DNA of 63,542 nucleotides, the filler included, from Atractiella rhizophila (lineage: Eukaryota): NCBI GenBank assembly GCA_021432655.1. It is 7 parts of 5 records of this genome, joined end to end, with 100 filler letters (N's around TTAATTAATTAA, not from the genome) between each part and the next. Parts side by side here need not be neighbours in the genome. Positions count along the whole stretch, not along the records: positions 61,968 to 63,542 come from MU271211.1; 6 more parts are not named here. One strand, 5' to 3'. Positions 62,347-63,542 of the stretch are shown here, piece by piece. The position numbers and the translations under genes are program-made. The notes under the pieces were generated by a model, which saw only the letters and a list, made by a program, of their open reading frames with translations, was not told the origin of the DNA and made no database searches. Within the stretch, counting starts at the first letter, position 1, and every line of letters starts with the position of its first letter.

Positions 62347-63542
62347 GCCTTGCTAAGAGACGGAACATGGTGGCGACAATTGCTTGCTGTTGGCAGAACA
62401 TTACCGTGACTTGCAGCACACTAGAGGACCAAAGGATCGATTGTTTACCTTGAAGCCTGCAGTGTAAAAGTGCTAGGATGTTCATGAAGTATTCGGTACA
62501 GCAACCCACGGAAGTTCCTGCGGAATCCAACGGGCATGGTGTTGTCACCATCCAAAGCAATAGCGAGCGGTCAGACAGGGCATCGAGTTAATTGAATGTT
62601 GAATGCCGGTGAGCATCAGGCATTAATGAGAAAGCTTGAGAACATATCCCATAGAGACAGTAAGCAATATACCGTATCAAACTGAAGTAGTCACCAGCAT
62701 TCCTTTGCAGTCGGTATCAACATTGATAGCTGATGTATGTTGAGGCCATTTGCTGAACAAAGCGGATTCGGCTTCGACTCATTCTTGAAAACAACGTGTT
62801 GAATATTGCGAAGGATGAGGAGGAATATGCCGCAGTATTTACGCTGGTCTCAGCGAGATTATCCAAGAAGTCAGGATTTTCTCGCAGGAAATCTCAGGAG
62901 ATGATCTGGACTTTTACTCTGGAGATTTTGAAATCGACACAAATGGTCTCCCGGCTAATGTTAGTCGACAGAACTACGGTGGGTTGGCTTTCAGGCCATA
63001 TGTGCAACGTTCTGATGAAATGTTCAGCGACTGACGACGGTACAGTCATCACTCGCTTGGGCAATTTATTCCGGATTATAATCAGGGCAAGATTGGAAAT
63101 CAGTTCAAAATCCTTCATTCAGCAATCATACTTCGCGACTCACTTCTCAGAGGGTTCAAGGATTTTTATCGAAGCTCTGTTGAAGTTATTACGTTTTCGA
63201 CTTTTACTTTCTTTCTGCCCTTTTGAGCTGGCTATCGCATCTGGTGTCAGTTCCGCCCGCTCCCGTAGTTTAGTCTGTTTTTCAGCTATCTGAGGTTCAT
63301 CTTTTCTTCGTCCTGTCACTCTGATGAACCTCAGGTAGGTGACTCCTCACCAACGTTCATGCAATGCTGATCTTTTCTTCGTTCTGTCACTCTGATGAAC
63401 CTCAGTTTCAACAGGTTATGAGCCCAATCGTTCCCTACTGATTGAGCACTCCATTGTCCCGCTCAATTCAACACCTTTCTTCGATCAACAGTCGTAAACA
63501 CCATCAAACAAACACGACGCGCCGCGCACAACTAAATTGCAC

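Noticed and set aside
1..63542. CRISPR arrays, rRNA, tRNA, prokaryotic operons
   Set aside because: None seen by eye; the DNA is spliceosomal-intron-rich eukaryotic sequence. An intron-containing tRNA could have been missed without tRNAscan.

Overview
Intron-rich fungal genomic DNA; protein similarity and short 45-60 nt introns suggest a basidiomycete. The window is not contiguous: six artificial 100-nt N-TTAATTAATTAA-N linkers join seven separate scaffolds, and there are three internal N gaps. Scaffold 1 (1-22727) holds an Mpo1/DUF962 gene start, two hypothetical genes, a tandem pair of secreted class-3 lipases, a tandem pair of HNH-nuclease-like genes, myosin V and a partial GCP2/Spc97 gene. 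Between the HNH-like genes lies a nested DNA-transposon insertion: a 358-bp TA-flanked MITE inside a 1042-bp GAG-terminal element with a 5-bp TSD. Scaffold 2 (22828-35248) ends in TTAGGG repeats and looks subtelomeric. It carries a disrupted NST1-like gene, a GH71-like remnant, a 265-bp tandem duplication, a TPR fragment, a FunK1 kinase pseudogene and a Crinkler-type REase+kinase gene whose 5' end is replaced by the telomere immediately at its HVLVxxP-like motif. Scaffold 3 holds the GPI16 3' part, a Zn-finger gene and MON2. Scaffold 4 holds CYP51 (with a 4-nt micro-exon), a HAD hydrolase, an ENV7-like kinase, ERG27, an Rpr2-like gene and two inverted paralogs of an unrecognised family flanking the CYP51-ERG27 block. 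The small end scaffolds carry a U1A/U2B''-like RRM, TIM9 and an HD-domain cyanamide-hydratase-like gene. All family calls come from motif recognition by eye; no database search was run.
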